This document shows, piece by piece, positions 22,795 through 37,168 of a stretch of 64,000 nucleotides of DNA (positions are counted from its first letter, which is position 1; each line of letters starts with the position of its first letter). Origin of the DNA: Octopus sinensis. Taxonomy: Eukaryota. Both the position numbers and the translations under genes were made by a program. The stretch covers positions 6,014,001 through 6,078,000 of the forward strand of contig NC_043002.1 in assembly GCF_006345805.1 (NCBI RefSeq), given 5' to 3'. The notes under the pieces are model-generated. The model saw nothing but the letters and a program-made list of their open reading frames with translations, ran no database searches and was not told where the DNA came from.

Positions 22795-22995
22795 CGAGAA
22801 AATGTTGACAGGTGGTGTAGACAACAAACAGATGTATTAGTAAAACGCACAGGAAGTGAAAAAGTCTTTAACGTTTCGAGCCTACGCTCTTCCACGGAAA
22901 GGAACACAGAAAGAAACAAGGAGAGAAAATAAAGAATGTGTAGTGGCTAGCGATCTATCATGACGAATGTCGGACAGAGGGGTCACACGGGAGAG
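22795..22995 (-). mobile_element. PLE terminal-repeat fragment, family A
   Basis: Aligns with 18440-18635. Confidence 0.75.
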
Positions 22996-23624
22996 TCAAC
23001 GATATAATTTTAATGGACAACAAATGTAAACGTCAAACAAATTGGACGATTTTTCAAAAGTAGAAGATCTGCGAAAAGAGATAACTACAATGTAGGAAAT
23101 GAAAGCAGAAACACTTAGAATGATAATAGGAGCTTTGGAAATAAATACACAACTGAAGACAGTAGGATTTACATATGTACACAACGTATAGAAACCTAAC
23201 ATCAGTAGGCGCTGCTCGCATTGTATGAAGGGTCATGGCAATCGAAAATACAAAACCAAAGCTAAAATACTGCACTAGCCAAATCCTAGAGAGCTACGTA
23301 ACGCAGTGACGCTACGCAGCGAAAAAAGGATTACTAAACAATAATGATTTCAAATTTTGGTATAAGATCAGCAATTTTAGGAGGTGGGTTAATTGATAAA
23401 ATCGGTTCTGTCGAATGATTATCTTCAATGATAATTATTTTATCGATCCTGAAAAGATAAATTGTGTGTGTATATATCTACACAAGAAAAAAGGGAAAAG
23501 AATATTTGACGAATCCATGATAATTTAAGACCAACACCAGGGAGAGGAATCGCGGGAAATGGAAGAATCCGCCTGAACAGTAGCAGAAAGCAGCCCAAAC
23601 TCGAGAAAAGTGAAGAAAGTCACA

Positions 23625-23814
23625 TGTATGTATGTATGTATGTATGTATTATGTATGTATGTATGTATGTATGTATGTATGTATGTATGAATGTATGTAT
23701 GTATGTATGTGAAGCGTAGGTCATCGTCGACCTACGCTTCACATACATACATACATACATACATTCATACATACATACATACATACATACATACATTCAT
23801 ATATACATACATAT

Positions 23815-23845
<31 letters not shown>

Positions 23846-24002
23846 CATATATACATACATACATATATACATACATACATATATACATACATACATATAT
23901 ATACATACATACATACATACATACATACATGCATACATACATATATACATGCATACATATGTTTACATGTATATACTGCATTCATCATACATATATTGCA
24001 GT

Positions 24003-24058
<56 letters not shown>

Positions 24059-24099
24059 TACAATATATATATATATATGCATAGTATACATACATGTAT

Positions 24100-24172
<73 letters not shown>

Positions 24173-24320
24173 CACAGGCGCACATATATATATATATATA
24201 TATGTTGTATGTAACAAATACATATCACACGTTTATATATGTATGTAAATATATAAAGATATATATGTGCATATATATATATACATATATATATATATAC
24301 ACATATATGTATGTAGGTGT
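23625..24320. repeat. Compound (TATG)n/(TACA)n/(TA)n/(CA)n array
   Basis: Directly visible. Confidence 0.95.
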
Positions 24321-25499
24321 GTAGGTGTGGGTATTTCTTTCAGTGTGTCTGCGTGTGAATGAGTGTGGTACATTGGTACATAGGAGTGCGTGTGTGACAG
24401 AAAGAAAGGAAGAAAGAGGGAGAAAGAGTAGGAAAAAAAGAAGAAAAGGTGGAAAAATGTGGCTAGAAAGATATAACGTCTATTTTGATAATTCGTGTAA
24501 GGTGTGGTGTCACTCAAGGGAAAAGATAATGATTCCATTCGGGCTTCTATCTTGTTGCAGACCGAATGCATGATTAAAACATCTATTAACTCTCCCCGTT
24601 GGGATAAATTTAGTTCTCCTGTTGTAGACGAACAGCCGTAATCGGGTTTTTGTTCCTATACAATTGATAAAGCTGTATGATATTTCATTGGTAATTGTAT
24701 ATAAATATTCGGGTGAAATGTTAACACACACCCATATACACTCAGACATATACGCCTACACCATACACCGATATACATACTTTCATAGAGGCCTTTGATC
24801 CTAGGAATTGTAATCTTGGTTCATCTAAATGCGATATTTAATCAGAGAGTGTAGACAGCGACTCAACAAGTCAATATGTCGTCGGTGCTATGACTGTATT
24901 TCTTTGAGTATTAAATAAACAGGAACCATGTATTTTAGATATACCACATAACGACATTATAAAGTATTGGTCTGAAGTTTTGGCACAAGGCCAGCAATTT
25001 CAGAGGAGGGGAAAGTCAATTATATCGACCGCAGTGTTCAAATGGTGCTTATTCTATAGACCCCGATAGTATGAAAGGCAAAGTCGCCCGCCTAAAGATG
25101 AATGAAATGCGCTAAGCATTTTCGCTGGCGTGCTAACAATTGTTAGAGACTCGGTCATTTAAATGACCAAATTATTATCAGAAATAGTAGATTTCCTGCA
25201 ACAAAGTTACACACTAAAATAGATATTCAAGAGATGCTTTTGGAAAATAATGAGCTTATTAGACAAATTAAAACTATGACATCTTTGTTTAACAAACCTA
25301 ATCTTCAAATGTCAAATGGTGCAGATAGAGAGAAGCTCGTTAGCATGCATGAAGGTACAATGACCGAGTTTCTAACGATGTACGATTAGCAATGGTCGGA
25401 CAGGTCATTCTAAGTTTTCAAATAAAATTGAATAATGACACACACACATACATACATACATACATCATACATACATACATACATACATACACAGCAGAG

Positions 25500-25880
25500 A
25501 CTCTACTCTCTGGAGCAAAGACGGGAGAGATATGCAGTGATATACATATGGAAGTTCCTAGAAGGGTTGGCACGAAAGTTTAGCATCGAGGGTTATTCCA
25601 GCCCCTGAATTGGACGTCACTGCATTATTCCAAAGGTCAGATACTTCCTGTCCAGAGTGAGGACAGGTACTGCAATAGCATGGATTTCAAGGGCCCACAG
25701 CTATTTCATATCTTGCCAAAAAATCTGAGAGATCAATATGGATTGGAGGTAGATGTTACCAAGAAATCACTTGAACTCCTGTTCCCTAAGGTCCTAGATG
25801 AACCTATACCACGATAAGAAGCTAAAAAAAGGGCAGAAATATCAAACCCCCTTCTTCATGAAAAGCCAACTACAGAAGAA
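25500..25880 (+). mobile_element. CR1/L2-like LINE, second family, 3' fragment
   Basis: LYSLEQRRERYAVIYIWKFLEGL...FKGPQLFHILPKNLRD...KVLDEP. Confidence 0.75.
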
Positions 25881-25960
25881 TGGCCACTGGAACTTTGGAG
25901 CCTGATCACACCCTTTGGGCTGAAATACGTAAAATACTAAAAGAATAAAAACATATATAC

Positions 25961-26033
<73 letters not shown>

Positions 26034-26119
26034 ATTATTAAACAGCGGCAATGTGCATATATATGTATATTGTATATATACATATACATATATATCGGTG
26101 TGTGTGGGTATGTGTGTAC

Positions 26120-26325
26120 GTGTATATCTGTGTTTGCTCCTCACCGCCGCTTGACCACCGGCGTTGGTGTGTTTACGACCCGGAACTTAGCTGTTATTAG
26201 ATATCGATAGAATAAGTACCGGGCTTATAATATAAGTACTGGGGTCAATTCATTCGACTAAAAATTATTGAAGGCGGTGCCCCAGCATGGCCGCTGTCTG
26301 ATGATTGAAACAGGTAAAAAAAGAT
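26120..26325 (+). mobile_element. Old S1-related SINE, 3' half
   Basis: GATAGAATAAGTACC...GGCGGTGCCCCAGCATGGCCGC...GAAACAGGTAAAA. Confidence 0.7.
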
Positions 26326-26671
26326 ATTCAACGTTTATAGAATAATGCGCTTCTATTGGATCTTATAGAATTGAACGTATATAGAAATTTGCCAATTATA
26401 CATACACTGAGAAGAAACTAAGGTTAACCAAATTGTAGATTGTCATCTTTCGTAAAAGCCAGTAATGATGCAAAACATGCATATCGAAAATAATACGTAA
26501 ATACACACACACACACACACACTCTCTCTCTATCTCTCTCTCTCTCTCTTTCTCTCTCTCAAGCACATACACAAACTCATATACACTCACTCATACGTTT
26601 TATACGTGTGTGGCTATGTGATTTTGAAAGGAAAGCAATTTCTTTGATTGTAGGTGTATCATCATGTTACT

Positions 26672-27015
26672 TTTTACTAATTTCAGTCATTGGACATGTT
26701 TATGCTGGGGCACCGACACTAGTACATACTTTTCTTGAAGTCTGATGCATATTCTTTCGCGATCTGTTGCCGGTTCGCTAAGTTACAGGGACGTAAGCAA
26801 AACACTAGCGGCTGTCAAGCGGTAGAGTGACAGAAACAAAGGCACACACTCCCAATACATGTATGACGGACTTCTACATCGTTTCTGTCTATCAAATTCA
26901 TTCACAAGGCTTTAGTCCCCTCGGAGCTCTAGTAGAGGGCACTTACCTAATGTAAAAAATATTGAACTGATTCTGGAACCACGTGGCTGAAAAGCGAAGC
27001 TCTTAACCACACAGT
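26672..27015 (-). mobile_element. Old S1-related SINE
   Basis: Diverged match along the S1 tail, core and head. Confidence 0.6.
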
Positions 27016-27705
27016 AATTCCCGCAGCTATGGCAGATAGAACTGATCCAAACATCACTAGTATCAGTGCTTGATAGTGCAGCAATAAAAGTCAAAATTGT
27101 ACCTGATAGTATGTGATACAGAAGCCCAGAAAATGAAAACGAAGATAAAAAAGAAAATAGAACGAAGGCACTTTTTGTACCCATATCATAATAAACATAG
27201 TGTTTAACATGTTCACTTCCACAAATAAGCATAGAGAAACCAATGAACCTCATAAGAATCTCAGTAATTCAGGTGCACTCCTTTTAGCGACCACGTAAGA
27301 ATAAAATAAAAATGACGAAGGATTGATTTGAACGTAAGGAGCAGCAAATAAATACCACAAGAAATTTTGTCGGACATTCTACCAAGCCTGCTAATCCACA
27401 TCCTTCGCTATAATGCTAATAATAAGAATGATAATAATAAAAAATATTCATATTGCTATTATTAATATATGAGAGCGAGAAAAAAAAACATAACAACAAT
27501 ACCAAAAGCAGCAATGAAAGGTTCCCCAAAAAACAAAGAAGGAAAAGCAAAATGAAACAGCAGTGGGGAAAAAAAATGAAATATAGCTACTTTTATACTA
27601 TAAATAAAATCATATATGAAATAGGATGAAATCTTTTCAAAATGTATAACAAGGAATATAATAAAACATTAATAAGGATAAAATCTGAGACCTTTTTATT
27701 TAATC

Positions 27706-27777
<72 letters not shown>

Positions 27778-28410
27778 CATATATATACATATATATATAT
27801 GTATATTATATGAATATGTATATATATATATACATACATATATATATATGTGTAAATACATATATACATATACACATACATACATACACATATGTACACG
27901 TATATGTATGTATATGTATTTATGTATGCATGTCTATACATATATATATATGTGTTCTCTATGTTATATTTATACATTTTTTTTGTTTTACTTTTCTTTT
28001 TATTTTCTGGTGTTTATGTTACTCTGCATTCATATGATTGAAAACGGTGCTCATTCGATTTCGCGTGAATGATTAAAAAAAAAGAAAAGAAAAGAAAAGA
28101 AAGTATTAGGAAATGCTAAGAAAATAAAAATAAAACAAAAAAAACATTTATGAATTTCGTCAAATAAGAAATATTTATTGAGATATTTTCTTTAGAAAAC
28201 CAACACTGACATACAAAACAAAAATAAAAAAAAGACAAAAACGAAATCAAAAACAAAAAAATCCGCCACCACAACCACAACCACAACCAGTATTATCAAA
28301 AGCCACGAACCACCAGTACCACCACCCAAACATCAGTAACATCAACTCCTCTAACATCCCGCCTAAAAGAAGAAAAAAAAAGGGGAGAGAAGAGAAAAAG
28401 AAAAACAACA

Positions 28411-28600
28411 ATATGGTGGCGAAGAAGTTATTTCCGCCATGAAGACGCTACCGTGATGACGTCACGGTGACGTCACGCCACCTACAAGTCGATCGCCTCT
28501 AATCCCCAGAATATCTTCTCCATGTCACGTGTCATGTGCAGGTTAGGCAAGCTAGTCACGCAAGATTGACGACACAACTATAAGATTTCCCGGCTTCTCA
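28411..28600. promoter_or_regulatory. Candidate promoter or enhancer: CpG-rich patch with 2 CRE, YY1-like and E-box motifs
   Basis: TGACGTCA at 28457-28464 and 28468-28475; CCGCCAT at 28434-28440; GTCACGTG at 28524-28531; no match to any repeat in this window. Confidence 0.5.
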
Positions 28601-28889
28601 TATTCAGAGTATGTAAATTCTGAATAGTAAATTGAATATGGAGGATAGTTTATAAAAGGATGCCTAATCCGTGTACGGCAATCCATGCGGAACGTATGTA
28701 ACACCACCACCCTCTTACCATTCCACTGCTACGACAAGACAAGAACAACAGCAGCACGCTCTTTTACAGTCTCTTTTCTTTTACCCTCCATTCCATTCCG
28801 TGAAAAACATCTTATTCCTTAACCTAAGAAAAATAAGTGAAAACCCCATACTGTCTTTCGAGATTCATCTTCAGCATTATCCTGTATGT

Positions 28890-28922
<33 letters not shown>

Positions 28923-28940
28923 CATATATATCTATATAAT

Positions 28941-29052
<112 letters not shown>

Positions 29053-29152
29053 GTATATATATATATATATACTACACACATACATATATATATATGTATA
29101 AGTATATGTATATATATAATATATATATATGTATATATATATATGCATATAT

Positions 29153-29219
29153 ACATACATGTTATATATTTATCTCTCTCTCTATAATATATTGTATATA
29201 CATATTATACATATATACA

Positions 29220-29266
<47 letters not shown>

Positions 29267-29560
29267 ATACATATATATATACATACGTATATATATACGT
29301 ATAGTATATATAATATATATATGTATATATCATACATGTTATATATTTATCTCCCTCTCTCTATATATATATTGTATATACATATTATACATATATACAT
29401 ATTTATATATATATATATATATATATAGATATATATATATAAACATCCATATATATATACATCCTATATATATACGTATATGTATATATATAATATATAT
29501 ATGTATATATACATACATGTTATATATTTATCTCCCTCTCTCTATATATATTGTATATAC
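29153..29560. repeat. ~180-bp minisatellite built from a (TA)-rich mosaic
   Basis: CATACATGTTATATATTTATCTC recurs at ~29154, 29331 and 29512. Confidence 0.8.
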
Positions 29561-30481
29561 ATATATTATATATATATATATATACTCTTTTACTCTTTTA
29601 CTTGTTTCAGCCATCCGGCTGATATATATACACATATATGTTATTTACATATATATATATACGTGTATATGTGGTGTAGCTGAAGATATATATATATATA
29701 TATATATATTTGTATGGCTATATGTGTATGTTTGTGCATGTTTGTCCATCTCTGTTTTCTTCGTATATGTTTTTCTCATTTTCATTATTTATAATTTGTT
29801 TCTCTTACTTTTCATATCTTTCAAGAAATACATATGTACGGTGATGGGGGGGGGGGGGGCAAGAAACAGAAAACATGGGAAGGAATAAGGGGTGGGGTGT
29901 GGTGTAGGTTGGGCTGTGGAAATAAAGTTGCTTTTGAAGCTGAGAGTTCTTCAAGTCAACTGATGCTGTATATTGAAAGTTAACTGAGAAAATATCATCT
30001 TTCAATTAGAATTTACGTCACATGGAAATAGCTATTGAAAATAATCGATATCGCTTGTGCAGTCTTCTGGAGTTGTTGTTATTATTATTATTATTATTAT
30101 TATTGTTATTATTATTTTTATTATTATTGTTATTATAATTATTATTGTTATTATTATTATTATTATTATTTGTGCATCCTTTTTTCTTTCTCCATTTTAT
30201 TTTTTATTATTGTCTATTTATTTATCTATTTATTTATTTATTTACAACATCCGGAAATGAAAACGAGGACGTCGAAATGACACAAGAAGAGGTATACGAA
30301 AACTAAATATATAATGAACTATACAAAAAAAAAAATATATATATATATATATAAGTTGAAATAGAATAGAAAAAAAATGAAGAAAATACGAGTAAAAAAT
30401 TGTGGATATAACCAGAACACATAGGCAGATGGAATAAATAGTATGAAAATGAACGAAAGATGTTCCATCTCTACTGTCGGC

Positions 30482-30544
<63 letters not shown>

Positions 30545-30935
30545 CTTGTTTCTGCGAGCAGCAAACTTATATTAATCTTTACGGAAGTTGCTTCAACGGT
30601 AGCGAAGTAGGCGTGTGGTGGAGAAAATGGGAGAATGTTGCATATGTAATGTCATCTTTTAACTGAAATAAAAAGAATCTCCTTAAAAAATAATATGACC
30701 AACAACAACAACAATAATAATAATGACGATTTCTTACATTGTCACAAAGCCACAGATTTGTAAAGTAGGAGGTGAGGGCCGTTAGCTTGATTGAATCACC
30801 CCCAATACACGGCAAGAATTTTTTTTTATCAGCTCAGCGGGATGAAAGACAAAGCTGACCCGGTAGGGATTTGAACTCAGCACATAAAAAGACGCAACTG
30901 AAATACATTCATTTTGGCATTCTTCCCGATTATGC

Positions 30936-31395
30936 TTGATGATGATGATGATGATAATAATGGTGATGAAAATGATGATGAAAATGATGATGATGATAAT
31001 GATGATGATGAAAATGATGATGATGATGATAATGATGAGGAAAATGATGATGATGATAATAATGATGAGAATGATGATGATGATAATAATGATGATGAAA
31101 ATGATGATGATATAATGATGATGAGAATGATAATGATGATAATGATGATGATGAAAATGATGATGATGATAATAATGATGATGAGAATGATGATGATGAT
31201 AATGATGATGATGGTGATGATGATGAAAATGATGATGATGATAATAATGATGATGAGAATGATGATGATGAGAATGATGATGATGATAATGATGATGATA
31301 ATGATGATGATGAAAATGATGATGATGATAATAATGATGATGAGAATGATGATGATGATAATGATGATGATGATAATGATGATGATGGTGATGAT
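30936..31395. repeat. (GAT)n array with regular AAT/GAA/GAG interruptions
   Basis: Directly visible; recurring ~30-33-bp higher-order unit. Confidence 0.9.
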
Positions 31396-31462
31396 GTTGA
31401 AGTGAAGGATAAAAAGGACTATAAAGTTTTCTTACTCAGTTCCGACATATATTTGATATTAG

Positions 31463-31890
31463 TTTCAAAGTTTGGTACAAGGCTAGCAATTTCAGGAGAG
31501 AGTGTTAATCGATTACAATGGACCCCAGTTCTCAACTCATACTTATTTTATGAAAGCCCTAACGATGAAAGGCAACATCGACCTCGGCGGAATTTAAATT
31601 CAGAAAGTAAAGACGGACGAAATGCTGCTAAACATTTTGTCCGGTCTGCTAACAATTCCGTCAGCTCGCCGGTGTTCATATATTTAAATAACGATTTCAA
31701 ATTTTGGCACAAGACCAGCAATTTCGGGGCAAGGGGCTACTCGATTACATCTTATTTTACTACTATTTTAACGAACCCGAAAGAATGAGAGGTAAAGTCG
31801 ACCTCGAAGTTATTTGAAGTCAGAAAATAGAGACGGACGAAATACCCCTGAGCATTTTGTCCAGCGTGATAATGATTCTGCCATGTTGCC
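31463..31890 (-). mobile_element. Two consecutive old S2-related SINE copies
   Basis: Cores starting at ~31463 and ~31695. Confidence 0.7.
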
Positions 31891-32052
31891 TCCGTACATA
31901 TATTTTACATTGAAAATTGTTATTACATATTGAATATTATTATTTATCAAATTCTGACAGCTCGCCGCTGGTCGAATGGTCACTGCACCGGACAAAATGC
32001 TAAGCAGCATTTCTTCCGGCGTTTAACTCCAAAATTAAAAATAAAAAAATCC

Positions 32053-32460
32053 TGAGCTGGCTGTGTGGTAAGTAGCTTGCTAACCAACCACATGGTTCCG
32101 GGTTCAGTCCCACTGCGTGGCACCTTGGGCAAGTGTCTTCTGCTATAGCCCCAGGCCGACCAATGCATTGTGAGTGGATTTGGTAGACGGAAACTGAAAG
32201 AAGCCTGTCGTATATATGTATATATATATATGTGTATGTGTGTGTGTTTGTGTGTCTGTGTTTGTGTGTCTGTGTTTGTCCCCCTAGCATTGCTTGACAA
32301 CCGATGCTGGCGTGTTTACATCCCCGTCACTTAGCGGTTCGGCAAAAGAGACCGATAGAATAAGTACTGGTCTTACAAAGAATAAGTCCCGGGGTCGAGT
32401 TGCTCGACTAAAGGCGGTGCTCCAGCATGGCCGCAGTCAAATGACTGAAACAAGTAAAAA
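32053..32460 (+). mobile_element. SINE S1
   Basis: Matches 60829-61240. Confidence 0.9.
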
Positions 32461-32479
32461 AAAAAATGTGAAGTACGGT

Positions 32480-32760
32480 TTCTTACCGCAAAAAACTCCA
32501 ATCACTGCATCCCCTGCCATTGTTTGTAACTTATTCTCGAAATACCAAACACATGTACAGTGTCTCAACAAACACTACCAAAACATGGAGCTAAGAAACA
32601 TCTCCACAAAAACGCACCACAGCCATGTAGCAGAAAATGATGGACAACGAAACCATAGTCATCGCCACATCATGAACTTCTGTGCTCTTCTCTGGTTCTT
32701 GAACTTGTTAGGCCTTGGAAAAGGAGTGTGACGCAATTCGATATACTGAGCCACCCCTTC
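32480..32760 (+). mobile_element. Possible highly decayed RTE 3' coding fragment
   Basis: HVA..DGQR and RPWKR-like pieces only. Confidence 0.35.
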
Positions 32761-33392
32761 TGGATCATAAAGGCAGTGCCACGTTAAAGGATAAAACATT
32801 GGCTTCAAACGCTTTCAGCAAACCCGGGCGGACGTCCACCTTTCTTTTCTTTCGGACTGGATCACATTTCCCTATATCCAAAGTCTTTCACAGTTTATGA
32901 TGTGTTGTAGCCACAGGAAATTTGAGCAGTAGTTTTCGCAGTCTAAACTTTCATCACTGCCATCCCCTTCAGGTATGATGCTAACACAAAATCAGCTTTT
33001 GACTAAACACACACACACACCACACACACACACACACACGCACACACGCAATATATATATATATATGAATATATACACACAAATATACACATGAATATAC
33101 ACTCGAGGAGTTTCAAATAAAGGTGTAGCACAGCCAACGGTGGCGCCCCAGTATAACCACAGCTTCAAAGCTGTAACAATTTAAAGAATTAACGAATTTT
33201 AAGAATACATACATACATACACACGCATGCATACATACATACATACATGCATACATACATACATACATACATACATACATACATACATAATACATGCATG
33301 CATACATACATACATACATACATACATACATACATACAACATGCATGCATACATACATACATACATACATATATACATACATACATACATTT

Positions 33393-33436
<44 letters not shown>

Positions 33437-33666
33437 TACGGAGATGTACTTACATAGCAAGTGACCTGATCTGAGATCGTATGCTAGAACGAAAACAATT
33501 GCAGCGTGGAAGGTGTTTATAAGCCATTTAAGAAACACACAAAAAACCGTTAGATTCACTTCAATATTTAAATTTAATTTGTCAAAATATTTTCGTCGCT
33601 TTAAGACCGTGACCTGTTCACTGACAAAATTCCGTGCTGCATCCGTGCTGTTTATATATATATATA

Positions 33667-33780
33667 TTCTTTTATTCTTCTTTTTGTTTCAGTCAATTGA
33701 CTGCTTCCATGCTGGAGCATTACCTTTAGTCGTGCAAATCGACCCCAGGACTTATTCTTTGTAAGCCTAGTACTTATTCT
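33667..33780 (-). mobile_element. SINE S1, 3' fragment
   Basis: Matches the S1 tail. Confidence 0.8.
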
Positions 33781-35267
33781 GCCATTAACGGCGTTTCCAC
33801 CTGACCCGTAATTCTTCCACGTTTTTTTCCTCTTTATTCTCCAAACATATTTTTTCCTTTATTCTCCCCCTTATATTGCTTCTCTTTTTTCTTCCACTCA
33901 AGAGCTACTGCCCAAAACGTCAAAGTTTTTTTAAGCGTTAAATACACTTGTTAGAACTTACCCCTCCCGTGCTGTCCCTTTTGTGCTCATTGTTTTCTTC
34001 CTTATACATACACTTAGTAGTGCTCAAAAGTTTCGAACTTAGACTCTAATGTCTTTACAGGAGATCACCCCACAAGGGAATGAAAGGCTATAAGAGGGAT
34101 CAAGTTGAGTGGGTAGAGAGGTAATTAGGCAGATAAACAAATTAGACATCAAATATATTAAATTCAAAATATGTATCTATGTATACATGCAAAACAAGAG
34201 AAATCAAAACGAGGACACTTTCAGGTGATGAATTCTTACGTATAAATATATTGATATTTATATTAATCGGTCCAACTTCCGGAGAGTGCAAACTTCTTGG
34301 CCACTGTTCTTAATTTGCTATTGCAACTCTTTAGATAACAAACTCACCTGACTTACAGCCATAAATTCAAATCCATCCAGTTTAAGGGAAATTGCAAACT
34401 AGTTCTGTTTGATGTCCACAAACCTGGACTAGTTAACATACCATAACAACATGAAAGTCTAATTACCTTTGGTTTGTAGCACATTCAGTTATACAGAACT
34501 TCTTGACCAATCAAACTGGTATATTCAACATTTTGAGAACATAGTTCCATTCACTATATACTGTCGAATCTAGTTGTTTCTTTTCTTATGAGAAGAGGAT
34601 GTGAGTATTAAAATGAGAGAGGGTTGATTAACTTGTTTGATAAAATCAAGAGCCCGAATTTTCCAAGAGCAAGACATAATCGGGAGGTGACATATGAAAG
34701 CCGAGATAATTTGATGAATCTGGCTCCGCACAGATGGTCACTTAACAATAGAAATATCTCGAGGTGATAAAATATTTAATCGTTTACGACAGTTAATTTT
34801 ACCTCCAGACACATTGATAGTACAGGATATTACGAGGGCATTTGAAACAGTTTAATCTTTGAAACAGTATAATATTGTTATAATATATTCAGTGAGGATT
34901 TCTTTTTCTTCTTCCGTTGACTATACCAGAAACAATGATAGATGCTCCACACATCACGTTGATAGTGTTAATATTGTATCGCTCCATCACTACATCTCAA
35001 CATGTCTGCCTGTCACTCTCACTTGAAGGTAAAATTAACAGTCGTAAATAGTTACATACATTACCACTTTGAGGCATCTTCATTGCTCAGTGACAATCCA
35101 TATCAAAGATAATAATTTCTGATTTAGGTATACAGTCGGTACCTTTGAGGGAGGAGGCTAGTCGATACCATCGAACCAAATACTTGATTGGTACTTTATT
35201 ATATCGACTCCAAAAGATTGAAAGCAAAGTTGACTTTTGAACTAAGAACGTAAAGAGTCGAAACAAA

Positions 35268-35728
35268 GGATCTTTTCACTTTGACCGGCAGATTTTAAAA
35301 ATAATTTCTTTGTAACTAAACACTTTTAAACTTCTTATACTGGTGGTGTGTTACATAAAACATCTTTTTCTCTTGGCTTTCTTGAGAAAATTCTGTAGTT
35401 TGTAAGCTATTTGTTGTTTAATTTCTTGCATTTCTGCAATTTCAACCAATCAATGACGTCTATTGAGGTGAATACAATATCTGCCGTATTTTGTCAACAA
35501 CATTTTCCGGCAGATATTGTATTCACCTCAATAGACATCATTGATTGGTTGAAATAGCGGAAATGCAAGAAATTAAACAACAAATAGCTTACAAACTACA
35601 GAATGTTCTCAAGAAAGCCAAGAGAAAAAGATGTTTTATGTAACACATTCTACCAGTATACGAAGTTTAAAAGTGTTTAGTTACAAAGAAATTATCTAAA
35701 AAATCTGCCGGTCAAAGTGAAAAGATCC
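35268..35728. mobile_element. GGATC family, full foldback form (~220-bp arms, 21-nt loop)
   Basis: 35268-35486 is a near-exact reverse complement of 35508-35728; inserted in an old S2-like SINE with a GAAACAAA / GAAAACAAA duplication. Confidence 0.9.
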
Positions 35729-37137
35729 GAAAACAAATACTGTGAAACCTGTTCCGATGCTCTACACAATTTCTTCAGGTCGTCGTCCTGGACAGAGCTA
35801 AGACAACCTGTCATTTTGCTCCGCACAGGAATACTGTGACCGTAGTATCAATTCTTTCACGCGTTCTTAAAGCGCAAGCAGCACTAAGAAGATTCTCGAA
35901 CAGACAGTTGGAAAGTCAGTTGATTAAAATGATCTCAATAGTAGACAAGCACTAAGGTTTTTTTTGTTTTACATATTATATTGTTTAGAGATATATTGAC
36001 CGATGATTTTCACACGGTTAGGTTTATCACAAATACTAGAGCATTCACTCAGTTCAACTATTTGTAAAGTAGAGCTCGGTTTTATATGTTTCTTTCATTA
36101 TTTCGTTATTCAGTTATTTATCCGTCGATCATCCTTTGTAGAATGCTGTGTTTATACTCTCATATATGTACAATAGGAAGAACGGACAAGCTGAATCTAA
36201 ATGTAGTGGTAGATTTAACGGAGTCGGTAATGGTGTGAAAGTTTCTGGCGACGTGACAGAAAAAAAAAACGACGTGGACTTCATAACGATAAATTGCTAC
36301 AACATGCTTTTAGCATGTTCCAGCATTCAATAAATATTCTTCGACAATGACAAAATAAAAGAAAAAAAAAACATGTAAAAAGCTAAAAATAAAGAGCAAA
36401 AACAGCAACAACGAAATAAACAAATAGAAAATGTTATTTTAGTGAACGAGAGGTTTGGTGTTAACTTTGCATAAATGTCATTTCGAGATCAAATGACGTT
36501 CTTTTCCCAATTTAATCCTTCATTAATCCAATGAAAATTTCGCTGGACAAAAGCTATGAAAGAAAACAGGGAAGTTGATGAAGACCTCAGCAATGCACTT
36601 GCTCAGGCATGAAGACATTTCCGGTGGCAACTCTTCAAAGGCCTCTTCATTCATACTCGTTCGATTGCAATGTCAAATACTCTCTCTTCTCCCTCCTGCT
36701 TTTCATCATCGTGTCTCTTTCAGATGGTGTCGTGACTTTATTTCGTTTTACCTCTTTCTGTCTGCTTGTCTCTTTCTCTGTTTATCAGTCTGTTCGTCAG
36801 CATCCCTGTTACTCTCATACTCTCTTACTCAGCCTATTTCTCTCTCCTCCTCCTCCTCCCCTTCCCCTCCTCCTCTTTTCATATACACACACACAATGAG
36901 AAACAGCAAAGACTTAGCTACAAACTCCAGCATACTAGATTTATAAATACATCATACATGTATATATATCTATTTAAAAGTACAGTGATAGATACATATA
37001 TATATATATATATGTACTTACTAACATACATACATATCTATATATATATATGTATATAATATATATATACTTACTTACAAACATACATATCTATATATAT
37101 GTATATATATGTATATATATATACATACATACATACA

Positions 37138-37168
<31 letters not shown>

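Noticed and set aside
22356-22919. 187-aa minus-strand ORF
   Set aside because: Chimeric: antisense of the R4-like relic plus a PLE terminal repeat.
28856-28874. Minus-strand CTGAAGA...GAAA
   Set aside because: Stem III and stem I do not pair.
34330-34450. Minus-strand GTAAGT/GTGAGT donor-like sites suggesting an exon
   Set aside because: No convincing acceptor or recognisable reading frame; such motifs are frequent by chance.
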